Shown: in pieces, positions 53,764 through 63,371 of the stretch | How positions within the stretch are numbered: position 1 is the stretch's first letter | How the letters are laid out: every line of letters begins with the position of its first letter | From: Dehalococcoidia bacterium | GTDB lineage: Bacteria; Chloroflexota; Dehalococcoidia; DSTF01; JACRBR01 | Direction: 5' to 3' | DNA: 64,000 nucleotides | Assembly (NCBI GenBank): GCA_041494685.1 | Contig: JBGQBE010000002.1 | Location: 124,001-188,000, forward strand | Notes under the pieces: generated by a model | The model's input: only the letters and a program-made list of their open reading frames with translations | The model's database searches: none | What the model was told of the DNA's origin: nothing | Translations under genes and position numbers: made by a program

Positions 53764-54645
53764 CTACGCCAGTTCGGACTCGCCGCGCACGTCGCGCCCC
53801 GCCTCGACGTCGTCGATGAACTCGAAGACGGCGCGCTGCCACAGCTTCGGCCGGAAGTCGGGCGTCGAGTGCGCCGCGCGGCGGATCGTCACCAGGCGCG
53901 AGTTCGGGATCAGCGCGTGATCGCGCTCGGCGCACGGGTAGAAGTCGTCCCACTCGCCGCACGAGACGAGCGTCGGCGCCGTGATCGCGGGCGTGCGCGA
54001 CGTGAGGTCCGGGCGCTCACGCAGCGCACGGTTCGCCGCCAGGTATCCCGCCTCCGTCATCATCTCAAGCTTCTGCTGCCGGTTCTTCGCGCCCTGCTCC
54101 TCCAGCGACATCTCGGACAGCCGCGCGTAGCGGTCGCTCTCGAGGCGGTACACGTCCTCGCGCTCGACGAGCCCCGCCATGCCGTACTTCTCGACGATGT
54201 ACGCCATCCGCTCGAACGCGCTGATGATCCGGCGCTCGACCTCATTCGCCGCCGCGCTGGAGCCGGCGCCGTTGCCCGCCGTCGTGTCGCAGAGCAGCAA
54301 CGACCGCAGGCGCTCCGGGTAGTCGCAGGCGAACTGCGCGCTGATCATGCCGCCCATCGACACGCCACCTACGTGCGCGCGCTCGATGCCGAGCGCGTCG
54401 AGCAGCCCCGCCAGGTCGGCGGCGAACTGCGGCACGGTGACCGTCGCCGGATCGGCGGGTACCGTCGTGTTGCCGTGGGCGCGCACGTCGTACAGCAGCA
54501 GGTCGAAGTGTGTCTTGAACGCCTCGATGATCGGCGGCCAGCCGCCCGTCGGCCCGGCGAAGCCGTGCGTCAGCACCAGCAGCGGCCCCGGCGCGCCGGA
54601 GCGCTCGTACCAGATGTCGATGCCGTTGACGCGCGCGGTCGGCAT
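53764..54645 (-). CDS. Alpha/beta fold hydrolase
   Basis: THGF, GVSMGG nucleophile elbow, GEWD, AAH. Confidence 0.88.
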   Translation of the reverse strand: MPTARVNGIDIWYERSGAPGPLLVLTHGFAGPTGGWPPIIEAFKTHFDLLLYDVRAHGNTTVPADPATVTVPQFAADLAGLLDALGIERAHVGGVSMGGMISAQFACDYPERLRSLLLCDTTAGNGAGSSAAANEVERRIISAFERMAYIVEKYGMAGLVEREDVYRLESDRYARLSEMSLEEQGAKNRQQKLEMMTEAGYLAANRALRERPDLTSRTPAITAPTLVSCGEWDDFYPCAERDHALIPNSRLVTIRRAAHSTPDFRPKLWQRAVFEFIDDVEAGRDVRGESELA

Positions 54646-54647
54646 GG

Positions 54648-54974
54648 CTATCGGCCTGACTTCGCGGAGCGGGATGAGCGCGACGGCCGCTGCGGCAGCA
54701 CGACCGCGCCCTCGGCGGGCGCGTTCCACAACTGCTCGGCGCGGCGCGGCGCGCGCACGTTCGGCGGGAAGATGCCGTTGATCGAGGCGATGACCAGCGT
54801 CAGCCCGGAGAGCGCCAGGATGGCGAAGAAGAGCAGCAGCCACGCCACGAACAGGTCGCCGCGGATGCCGAGCGCGTGCGGGACGGGCGTCCAGAACAGG
54901 AACAGCCCGATCACGAACCAGAGCCCGGCGAACACGAACGCCGTAACGGCGGTGCGGTAGCTAATGCGGCGCAT
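54648..54974 (-). CDS. Small 2-TM hypothetical membrane protein
   Basis: Two hydrophobic helices and GC3 bias. Start codon uncertain. Confidence 0.65.
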   Translation of the reverse strand: MRRISYRTAVTAFVFAGLWFVIGLFLFWTPVPHALGIRGDLFVAWLLLFFAILALSGLTLVIASINGIFPPNVRAPRRAEQLWNAPAEGAVVLPQRPSRSSRSAKSGR

Positions 54975-55108
54975 CAGGCAAGATCGTAGCACATGAGATC
55001 CGGGCAGCGTGGGGGCTCGAGCCAACGGCGCTTAGAGGATCTACCCAGGAACGCACCTTCGGTAGTATGATCCTCATGGCGGGAGGCGTACGGTAACGGA
55101 GGGCTGCC

Positions 55109-55852
55109 ATGTCGAGCACGTCATCGATCGAGTGGACGGACGCAACCTGGAACCCCGTCACCGGCTGCTCAAAGGTCTCGCCGGGGTGCGCGCACTGTTA
55201 CGCCGAAACGTTCGCCGAGCGTTTCCGCGGCGTGCCCGGGCACCCATACGAACAGGGCTTCGACCTCAAGCTTTGGCCGCAACGCCTGGAACTGCCGCTC
55301 ACGTGGAAGCGTCCGCGGATGATCTTCGTCAACTCGATGAGCGATCTCTTCCACGATGACGTCCCCGATGCCTTCATCCAGCAGGTGTTCGATGCGATGG
55401 GGCGCGCCGACTGGCATACCTTCCAGGTGCTGACCAAGCGACCGGAGCGAGCCGCCGCGATGTCGGCGCAACTGCCGTGGCGTGCGAATATCTGGATGGG
55501 CACGAGCGTCGAGAACCAGCGCTTCACGTCGCGCATCGAGTCGTTGCGGGGCACCGCGGCTCACGTGAAGTTCCTGTCCTGTGAGCCGCTGCTCGGGCCG
55601 CTGAAGCTCAAGCTTCGCCATATCGACTGGGTGATCGTGGGCGGCGAGTCCGGCCCCGGCGCGCGGCCCATGCGCGCCGACTGGGCCCGCAGCGTGCGCG
55701 ACCAGTGCGGGGCGTCGGGCGTGGCGTTCTTCTTCAAGCAGTGGGGCGCGCACGACGAAGCCGGCATCCGCGTGGGCAAGAAGCACGCTGGACGCGTACT
55801 CGATGGTCGAACGTGGGACGGGATGCCCCGGACGGCGGCACTCGCACGCTGA
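55109..55852 (+). CDS. DUF5131 / phage Gp37-Gp68 family protein (three-Cys, radical-SAM-like)
   Basis: IEWTDATWNPVTGCSKVSPGCAHCYA, NSMSDLFH, LTKRPER, WVIVGGESG, FFKQWG. Confidence 0.93.
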   Translation: MSSTSSIEWTDATWNPVTGCSKVSPGCAHCYAETFAERFRGVPGHPYEQGFDLKLWPQRLELPLTWKRPRMIFVNSMSDLFHDDVPDAFIQQVFDAMGRADWHTFQVLTKRPERAAAMSAQLPWRANIWMGTSVENQRFTSRIESLRGTAAHVKFLSCEPLLGPLKLKLRHIDWVIVGGESGPGARPMRADWARSVRDQCGASGVAFFFKQWGAHDEAGIRVGKKHAGRVLDGRTWDGMPRTAALAR

Positions 55853-56696
55853 TGCCAAGACAGAAGATTCCGCGACCGATAGGCGACTGGACAGCGCACA
55901 AGCTTGAGCATCTCAGCGCGTACCTCGAGGCTTTTGCCAAGGCTACGACCACAGCTCGCGAGCGATATTACATCGATGCGATGGCCGGCTGTGGCGAGTG
56001 CGTGCTCTCGAAAACTGGCTATTCTACTCCAGGCTCAGCTTTGCGCGCGTTGAACGCTAGACCACGGTTCACAGGCATTCACTTGGTGGAACTCGACCCG
56101 GCGTCCGCGCAGCACCTACGTCTCAAGATGCAGTCCCACCGAAACGTCTTCGTGTACCAGGGGGATTGTAACGAAGTGATCCCGCGAGACGTGCTCCCAA
56201 AGATCTCAACGATCGCGCCGACGCTGGCGTTCATCGATCCGACGGGTGTGCAGTCCACCTGGACATTAATCGAGCGAATCGCGCGACATCGCAAAGGTGT
56301 GCGCGGCGAGAAGATCGAGCTGCTCGTCTGTTCGCGTTCGACATGTTCATCAACCGTTGGCTGAAGAACGAATCTTCGTGGCCCCAGTTAGACGCGTTCT
56401 ACGGAACACACGCGTGGCATGCGGACCTTCTTGAAAGCCAGCGGCTCGGCGAGGACCTCGATGCACGGCGAGAACGATTCATGAAGCTTTATATGGATCG
56501 ATTGAAGGCCGTCCTTGGTTACAAGTACGTTGATCCCCACGGTCCGCTGAAGAAGAAGAACCGCACTCTATACCACATGATCTTCGCCACGGATCATCCT
56601 GCTGCACACAGAATCATGAGTGACGTCTGGGGGAAGGCCCGTCCGTTACCAGGAGACATGTTCTATCAGAAGACTTTCGATCTTGAACCAGGCTGA
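55852..56696 (+). pseudogene. tcmP: Three-Cys-motif partner protein TcmP (methyltransferase-like), frameshifted near 56328
   Basis: WTAHKL, YIDAMAGCG, GSALRAL, GDCN, FIDP. Restoring one base (GTC[C]TG) gives LLVLFAFDMFINR...YHMIFAT. TGATG coupling to DUF5131. Confidence 0.8.
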
Positions 56697-56746
56697 CGAC
56701 TGACAGTCGCGGCGACACAACGGCGACGCGCAGGGCTCTCAATAGG

Positions 56747-56772
56747 AGAGGCCCCCTTCACCGGGGGCCTCT
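56747..56772. terminator. Hairpin between the convergent tcmP and glnK genes
   Basis: AGAGGCCCCC-ttcacc-GGGGGCCTCT. Confidence 0.65.
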
Positions 56773-56804
56773 TCCGCTTCGATGCTCTGTGCTGGCCGCG
56801 GCGG

Positions 56805-57152
<348 letters not shown>

Positions 57153-57164
57153 TCAGTCCCCTGG

Positions 57165-58541
57165 CTACCGGGCCGTGCCCGAATGCTGCGGCTGCATCGT
57201 GTGCTGGTCCGCGAACGGCTCCCCTGAAGCCATCGTGTGCACCGGGATCGCCTCCGGGATGCCGAGCACCGGGCCGCTGCCGCCGAAGATGTAGGCGCGC
57301 TCCCCGTGCTGCGACACGTCCAGGCCGGCGATCTCCTGTTCCTCGCTGACCCGCAGCCCCATGGTCACGTCGAGGGCCTTGAGTATGACCCACGTGGCCG
57401 CAAAAGAGTAGACGCCGACCGCTCCCGTGGCGACCATCTGGCGCCACACCTGGTCGCCCGCGCCGTGAAACAGGCCGTCCACGCCGCCCACCGTCGCCGT
57501 GGCGAAGAGGCCCGTCGCCAGGCTGCCCCAGAGTCCGCCGACGCCGTGCACGCCCACCACGTCCAGCGAGTCGTCGAGCGACGTCCGGCCGCGCCACTGC
57601 ACCGCCAGGAAGCAGATGACACCCGCGACCGCGCCGATGGCGATCGCCTCCATCGGCTGCACGAAGCCGGACGCCGGCGTGATCGCCACGAGCCCGGCCA
57701 CCGCGCCCGCCGCCGCGCCCACGACGCTTGGCTTGCCCGACAGCCACCAGCTCATCCCGACCCAGCTGAGGGCCGCCGCGGCCGCCGCCGTGTTCGTCAC
57801 GACGAAAGCGTTGACCGCCTGCGCGTTCGCCGCGCCCGCGCTGCCGGCGTTGAAACCGAACCAGCCGAACCAGAGCAGCGACGCGCCCAGCACGACCATC
57901 GTCACGTCGTGCGGCTCCATCGGCTCTTCCTTGAAGCCCTTGCGCCGCTTGAAGATCAGCGCCGCGGCCAGCGCGGCCGCGCCCGCGTTCACGTGGATCG
58001 CCGTGCCACCGGCAAAGTCCAGCGCCTTCACCTTCGTGCCGGCCAGCGAGGCCCAGCCGTCGTTCGCGAACACCCAGTGCGCGACCGGGTCGTACACCAG
58101 GAAGGACCAGAGCAGCATGAACACGAGGAAGGTGCTGAACTTCGCCCGCTCGGCGAAGGCGCCCGTGATCAGCGCGGGCGTGATGATGGCGAACATCATC
58201 TGGAACGCCATGAACGCCTCGTGCGGGATGCCGATGCCGTAGGTACGCGGCTCGCCGTTGTGCGTGTAGCTGGCGACGTTCGCGCCGACATCCTTGAGTC
58301 CGACCCAGTCCAGGCCGCCGATGAGGCCCCAGTGGTCCGGCCCGAACGCCAGGGTGTAGCCGATGACCACCCATTGGACGCCGATCAGCCCCGCCACGAT
58401 GAAGCTCTGCATGATCGTGCCCAGGACGTTCTTGCTACGGGTCAGTCCCCCGTAGAAGAAGCCCAGCGCGGGCGTCATCAGCAGCACCAGCGCGGACGCT
58501 GTCAGCACCCATGCGGTATTGCCCGAGTCAACTGCCGGCAT
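57165..58541 (-). CDS. amt: Ammonium transporter
   Basis: DFAGGTAIHVNAG, WFGWFGFNAGS, DDSLDVVGVHGVGG (twin His). Confidence 0.97.
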   Translation of the reverse strand: MPAVDSGNTAWVLTASALVLLMTPALGFFYGGLTRSKNVLGTIMQSFIVAGLIGVQWVVIGYTLAFGPDHWGLIGGLDWVGLKDVGANVASYTHNGEPRTYGIGIPHEAFMAFQMMFAIITPALITGAFAERAKFSTFLVFMLLWSFLVYDPVAHWVFANDGWASLAGTKVKALDFAGGTAIHVNAGAAALAAALIFKRRKGFKEEPMEPHDVTMVVLGASLLWFGWFGFNAGSAGAANAQAVNAFVVTNTAAAAAALSWVGMSWWLSGKPSVVGAAAGAVAGLVAITPASGFVQPMEAIAIGAVAGVICFLAVQWRGRTSLDDSLDVVGVHGVGGLWGSLATGLFATATVGGVDGLFHGAGDQVWRQMVATGAVGVYSFAATWVILKALDVTMGLRVSEEQEIAGLDVSQHGERAYIFGGSGPVLGIPEAIPVHTMASGEPFADQHTMQPQHSGTAR

Positions 58542-58575
58542 GTTCCCTCCCCTGACTATTCAGTGCGATGGGGAG

Positions 58576-58629
58576 AGCATAGGGCCGTAATGTTACGGCC
58601 ACGTTTCGGGCAGGTGACGGCACGGTTAC
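58576..58629 (-). promoter_or_regulatory. amt promoter with four GlnR-like pentamer sites at 11-bp spacing
   Basis: Minus strand GTAAC-N6-GTCAC-N6-GAAAC-N6-GTAAC (58629-58592), then -10 TATGCT (58581-58576). Confidence 0.7.
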
Positions 58630-58770
58630 GCGTGAACCTGCAAGTTGGCGAATCCAAAGCAACCGCCGCGAGATCACGTCAAGTTCGGAGCGGGAAGCGT
58701 TCAGGAACCGGTCCGCGCCCCGGTCCGGCCGGCGCGGGCGCCAGATCATCGCCCGTAACCGGTCCCCCGG

Positions 58771-60036
58771 CTACCGCCCGATGCCCACATACGCCGCGCC
58801 CGCCGCCGCCACGACGGCCGGATCGAGCGCCGCGCGCGTGTCCAGCACGGCGCGCAGGCCGCTGAACGCGCGCAGGTCCAGCGCCGCGTACTGCTCGTGC
58901 CACGCCTGCACGACGAGCGCGTCGCACGCCAGCGGGAACGCGGGCGGCGGCTGCATGCCGTGCGCGGCGATCTCGGCGTCGGAGTACAGCGGGTCGTGCA
59001 CGTAAACCGTCGCGCCGCGGGCGGTGAGCGCCGCCGCGAGGCCGTAGGCGCTGCTGTGGCGCGACTCCTTCACGCCGGGCCGGTACGCCAGCCCCAGCAC
59101 GACGGCCGTGGCCCCGCGCAGCGTGCCCAGCGCGTGCTCCAGACGCGACGCCGCGTACGCCGCCATGCCGTCGTTCAGGCGGCGCGACACGCCGATCAGG
59201 TCGTCCGGCTCGTCCGCCGCGTCGAGGAAGTAGGGGTACACCGGGATGCAGTGGCCCCCGACTCCCGCGCCCGGCGCGTGGATGTGCGAGTAGGGCTGCG
59301 TGTTCGCCGCGGCGATCGCCTGCAGCGCGTCCACGCCGATGCGGTCGGCAATCCGCGCGAACTCGTTCGCCAGCGCGATGTTCACGTCGCGGTACGTCGT
59401 CTCCGCGAGCTTCGAGAACTCCGCCGTCTCGGCGTCGCGCACCTCCAGCACCTCGGCGTCGAGCATGGCGCGGTAGAAGCGCGCGGCCCGCGCGGTACTC
59501 TCCGCATCGATGCCGCCGACGATCTTCGGGTAGGTGCGCAGGTCGCGCAGCACGCGGCCCGATGACACGCGCTCGGGCGAGAACGCGAGCGCGAAGTCCG
59601 CACCCGGCCACATCGCTGACACGGCAGCGATCTGCGCGCCCACGCGGTTGCGCGTCGTGCCGGCCGGCACCGTCGTCTCGACGATCACGAGCGCGCCGCG
59701 CTTGAGGTGCGGCGCCACGGCCGCCACCGCCTCGTCGAGCAGCGCGAAGTCGGCCTGGTGGTGCGCGTCAATGTCCACGGGTACGATGAACACTGCGACA
59801 TCGGCATCCGCGACCGCATCGCGCGCGTCGGTGGTGGCGCGCAGCCGGCCGTCCGCCACGAGCGCCGCGATGCGCTCCGAGAGCACCGGCTCAGTGGGCA
59901 GCGGGTTGCTGCCGGCGTTGATCTCGGCGACGCGCGCGGCGTTCACGTCGTAGCCGGCGACGCGCGCGCCTTTCGATGCGAACTGCACCGCCAGCGGCAC
60001 GCCGATCTTGCCCAGCCCGACGATGGCGACGTTCAC
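58771..60036 (-). CDS. Nucleotide-sugar dehydrogenase (UDP-GlcNAc/ManNAc 6-dehydrogenase family)
   Basis: GLGKIG, ETTVPAGTT, FSPERV, YRDVNIALANE, GVGGHCIP, GLAYRP. Confidence 0.93.
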   Translation of the reverse strand: MNVAIVGLGKIGVPLAVQFASKGARVAGYDVNAARVAEINAGSNPLPTEPVLSERIAALVADGRLRATTDARDAVADADVAVFIVPVDIDAHHQADFALLDEAVAAVAPHLKRGALVIVETTVPAGTTRNRVGAQIAAVSAMWPGADFALAFSPERVSSGRVLRDLRTYPKIVGGIDAESTARAARFYRAMLDAEVLEVRDAETAEFSKLAETTYRDVNIALANEFARIADRIGVDALQAIAAANTQPYSHIHAPGAGVGGHCIPVYPYFLDAADEPDDLIGVSRRLNDGMAAYAASRLEHALGTLRGATAVVLGLAYRPGVKESRHSSAYGLAAALTARGATVYVHDPLYSDAEIAAHGMQPPPAFPLACDALVVQAWHEQYAALDLRAFSGLRAVLDTRAALDPAVVAAAGAAYVGIGR

Positions 60037-61064
60037 GACGGCGCCGCCTCCAGGGGCAGGCTGACACCGGCGCCGCTGCGCGCCGCGCGCACAAGCGCCT
60101 CGGCCGCCGCCATGGCGGCGAGCCCGTCGTCAGGCGTGACGGCAGGCGGCGTGCCGGCGCGCACCGCCGCGGCGAACGCCTCCAGCTCCATGCGCAGCGG
60201 CTCGCGCTTGTCAATCTTCAATTGGTGCACGGGGCCCTCGCTCACGCCCTTCTGGTGGCGCGCCGCCCAGCCGCCCGGCTGCTCCGCGCCGTGCGCGTTC
60301 TCGAAGAAGGTCAGCTCGCGCGCCAGGTAGTCGACCACGAACAAGCCGCGCTCGCCGAGCACCGAAAGCTCGCGGATCTTCGTCGGCGTCAGCCAGTTGA
60401 TGTCCAGCACGCCCACGACGTGGTTGGCGAAGCGCAGCAGCCCGATCAGCATGTCCTCGTGCTCGGTGTTGATACGCTGCTCGGTCTCCGCCTGGACGCG
60501 CGTCACCTCGCTGTTCAACAGGTAGCGCATCACGTCGATGTCGTGCGGCGCCAGGTCCAGCACCACGCCGACGTCGCGCACGCGCTCCGGGAACGGTCCG
60601 ACTCGCCGCGCGTGCACCTGGTACACGCGGCCCAGCTCGCCCGCGCTCAGCTGCCGCTTCAACTCGATCACGGCTGGGTTGAAGCGCTCGATGTGACCGA
60701 CCGTCAGCAGCACGCCGGCCGCCGCGGCCAGATCGCGCAGCCGCCGCCCCTCGTCCAGCGTCGCGGCCAGCGGCTTCTCCACCAGCAGCGGCACCCCGCG
60801 CGCAATCACCTCCGTGCCCACGTCGCCGTGCGCGCGCGTCGGCACGGCCACCGACACCAGGTCGATGCGCTCTTCGTCCAGCATCCGTCGATAGTTGGTG
60901 TAGCCGCGTGCGGCGCGCCCGCGCGTCGCGTGCCCGACGCGCGCGGCGTCAGTATCGGCGACGGCGGCAAGCTCCACGCCGGGGATCTCGGCGTAGACGC
61001 GGGCGTGGTTCGACCCCATGGCGCCCAGCCCGATGACGGCAGCTCGCAGCACGCGCTCGCTCAC
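60033..61064 (-). CDS. Gfo/Idh/MocA oxidoreductase (WbpB/WlbA-like)
   Basis: GLGAMG, VEKPLA, GHIERFNP, DLAPHDID. GTGA overlap with the downstream dehydrogenase. Confidence 0.9.
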   Translation of the reverse strand: MSERVLRAAVIGLGAMGSNHARVYAEIPGVELAAVADTDAARVGHATRGRAARGYTNYRRMLDEERIDLVSVAVPTRAHGDVGTEVIARGVPLLVEKPLAATLDEGRRLRDLAAAAGVLLTVGHIERFNPAVIELKRQLSAGELGRVYQVHARRVGPFPERVRDVGVVLDLAPHDIDVMRYLLNSEVTRVQAETEQRINTEHEDMLIGLLRFANHVVGVLDINWLTPTKIRELSVLGERGLFVVDYLARELTFFENAHGAEQPGGWAARHQKGVSEGPVHQLKIDKREPLRMELEAFAAAVRAGTPPAVTPDDGLAAMAAAEALVRAARSGAGVSLPLEAAPS

Positions 61065-61127
61065 GCCGCCAGTGTATCGGTGCATGCCGACGCGCGGCAG
61101 ACGGAATCGTGTCGAGGGTGCTGATGG

Positions 61128-62066
61128 TTAGGAAGCCGCTGCCGCGCCGTTCTCGAACACGTCGCCGGGTGCGATAGCCGCCTCCGCGGCGAATTCCGCG
61201 GCCGACAGCTTCTTGCCGCCCTCGAACTGCAGCCGCCTCGCGTGCAGCACGCCACCCGCCAGCGCGATGTCGATGCCGCCGTCCGCCACGGCCAGCACCG
61301 TGCCGGGCGCGGCGTCCGATGCGATCTCAGGCGTCATCCGCGCGTCGAAGAAGCGCACCCGCGTGCCCCGCAGCAGCGCGTGCGCGCCCGGCGCGGGGTT
61401 GGAGCCTCGGACCAGGTTGTAGACCTCCGCCGCGGGCCGCTGCCAGTCGATGCCGCTGTTGCCGTCGTCGGCCGGAGCCTCGTACGTGGCGCGCGACTCG
61501 TCCTGCGGCTCGCGCGGCGCCGTGCCCTCGCGCACCATGCGCACCGCGTCGGTCAGCGCCTGCACGCCCATCGGGAAGAGCCGGTCGAAGTACAGCGAGC
61601 GGACGGTGTCGTCCGGCCCGATCTCCGTTTCGCGTTGTAACAAGATCGGGCCCGTGTCGATGCCCTTGTCCACCCAGAAGATCGTCAGGCCCGTTGTCGT
61701 GTCGCCCTGCATGATCGACCAGTTCATCGCGCTGCGGCCACGGTGGCGCGGCAGCAGCGACGGGTGGTACTGGATCGAACCGTGGCGCGGCTGCTCGATC
61801 ACGCGCTCGGGCAGAATGTGGTTCACGTACGCCATCACGCAGAGGTCCGGGCGCGTGGCGGCGTACGCCTCCAGCACGTCGGGCTTCTTCAGGCTGCCCG
61901 TGGGGAACACCGGCACGCCGGCGGCCTGTCCCGCCGCCCACAACGGGTCCGGCCGCTCCGGCTTGCCCGTGATCGACGACACCGCGACGACGTCCTCGCC
62001 GGCCGCGCGCAGCGCGGTGAACACCGCCTCGCCGAACGCAGCCTGGCCGATCAGTGCGATGCGCAT
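61128..62066 (-). CDS. Formyltransferase family protein (ALDH1L N-domain/Fmt-like)
   Basis: IGQAAFG, QYHPSLLPRHRG, GIDTGPILLQ, RGSNPAPGA. Confidence 0.85.
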   Translation of the reverse strand: MRIALIGQAAFGEAVFTALRAAGEDVVAVSSITGKPERPDPLWAAGQAAGVPVFPTGSLKKPDVLEAYAATRPDLCVMAYVNHILPERVIEQPRHGSIQYHPSLLPRHRGRSAMNWSIMQGDTTTGLTIFWVDKGIDTGPILLQRETEIGPDDTVRSLYFDRLFPMGVQALTDAVRMVREGTAPREPQDESRATYEAPADDGNSGIDWQRPAAEVYNLVRGSNPAPGAHALLRGTRVRFFDARMTPEIASDAAPGTVLAVADGGIDIALAGGVLHARRLQFEGGKKLSAAEFAAEAAIAPGDVFENGAAAAS

Positions 62067-62140
62067 CGTAGTCTGTAGCGGGTAGTGAGTAGTTTGTAGT
62101 TCACGGCCTGCGCAACCTCACCAGCGACCAGGCGACCAGA

Positions 62141-63307
62141 TCACGGGTAGACCAGCTCGCGCTCCAGCAGCGACCGCGCGATCACCACGCGCTGCACCTG
62201 GCTCGTGCCCTCGACGATCATCAACTGGCGCGCGTCGCGGTAGTGGCGCTCCAGCGGATGGTCCATCATGTAGCCCTGCGCGCCCAACACCTGCAGCGCG
62301 TCGCTCGATACCTTCACCGCCGTCTCCGTCGCGAACACCTTCGCGATCGAGAGGTACGCGGCATGCTCGCGGCTGTAGAGCCCCTGGTCGACGCGCCACG
62401 CCCCCTGGTACACGAGCAGCCGCGCCGCCTCGATCTGGATCGCCATGTCGGCGAACATGAACTGGATCGCCTGCAGGTCCGCGATCGGCTTGCCGAACGC
62501 CTCGCGCTGGCGCGCGAACTCCAGCGCGTACGTCATCGCGCCCTCCGCAAGGCCGACGCCGCGCGCGCCGACCACCGGCCGGCACGAGTTCAGCGTCAGC
62601 ATGGCGTGCGTGAAGCCCTGGCCCTCGACGCCGCCGACCAGGTTCTCGCGCGGCACACGCACGTCCTCCAGCACGATGTCCGCCGTCGGCACGCCGCGCA
62701 CGCCCATCTTGCGGTCGGTGCCGGCGACGCGGAATCCCGACGCGTCCGTCGGCACGATGAAGGCGCTGATCCCCTTCGGTCCGGGCGTGCCGTTGGTGCG
62801 CGCGAACGCCACCACGTAGTCGGCGACGGTGCCACCGGAGATATACATCTTCTCGCCGTTCAGGATGTAGTCGTCGCCGTCGCGGACCGCGCGCGTCTCC
62901 AGGTTGCCGGCGTCGGAGCCGTGGTTCGGTTCCGTCAGGCAGAAGGCGCCCTTCATGTTGCCGCTGGCGATGCCTTCGCCGATCCACTTCTTCTGGCGCT
63001 CGTCGCCGCCGATCATCACCGGCTGCGAGGGCAGCGCCGAGAGCAGCAGCATCAGCCCGGAGGCGCAGCAGTACTTCGCCGTCTCTTCGACCGCGAGCGC
63101 CAGCGCCAGCATGCCCGCACCGCTGCCGCCGTACTGCGCCGGGATCGTCAGCCCCGTCAAGCCGGTATCCTTAAACGCCTGGAAGATGTCGTGCGGATAC
63201 TCGCCTGAGATGTCCATCTCGGCCGCCCGCGGCGCGATCTTCTCTTTCGCGATGCGGCGCGCCGTCTCCTGGATCAGGCGGTGCTCGTCGGATAGCTGGA
63301 ACTGCAT
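62141..63307 (-). CDS. Acyl-CoA dehydrogenase
   Basis: FCLTEPNHGSD, LNGEKMYI, RQREAFGKPI, YRDARQLMIVEGTSQVQR. Confidence 0.94.
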   Translation of the reverse strand: MQFQLSDEHRLIQETARRIAKEKIAPRAAEMDISGEYPHDIFQAFKDTGLTGLTIPAQYGGSGAGMLALALAVEETAKYCCASGLMLLLSALPSQPVMIGGDERQKKWIGEGIASGNMKGAFCLTEPNHGSDAGNLETRAVRDGDDYILNGEKMYISGGTVADYVVAFARTNGTPGPKGISAFIVPTDASGFRVAGTDRKMGVRGVPTADIVLEDVRVPRENLVGGVEGQGFTHAMLTLNSCRPVVGARGVGLAEGAMTYALEFARQREAFGKPIADLQAIQFMFADMAIQIEAARLLVYQGAWRVDQGLYSREHAAYLSIAKVFATETAVKVSSDALQVLGAQGYMMDHPLERHYRDARQLMIVEGTSQVQRVVIARSLLERELVYP

Positions 63308-63371
63308 GTGCGGCCTCGCTGAGATGGAATCGGGGTGTCCCAAAGAGAGTACCCGCGCCGCGCGCGTGAGG

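Noticed and set aside
61128..62066. Calling this gene fmt
   Set aside because: The motifs fit the ALDH1L-like branch (QYHP rather than NVH), and there is no def/fmt context.
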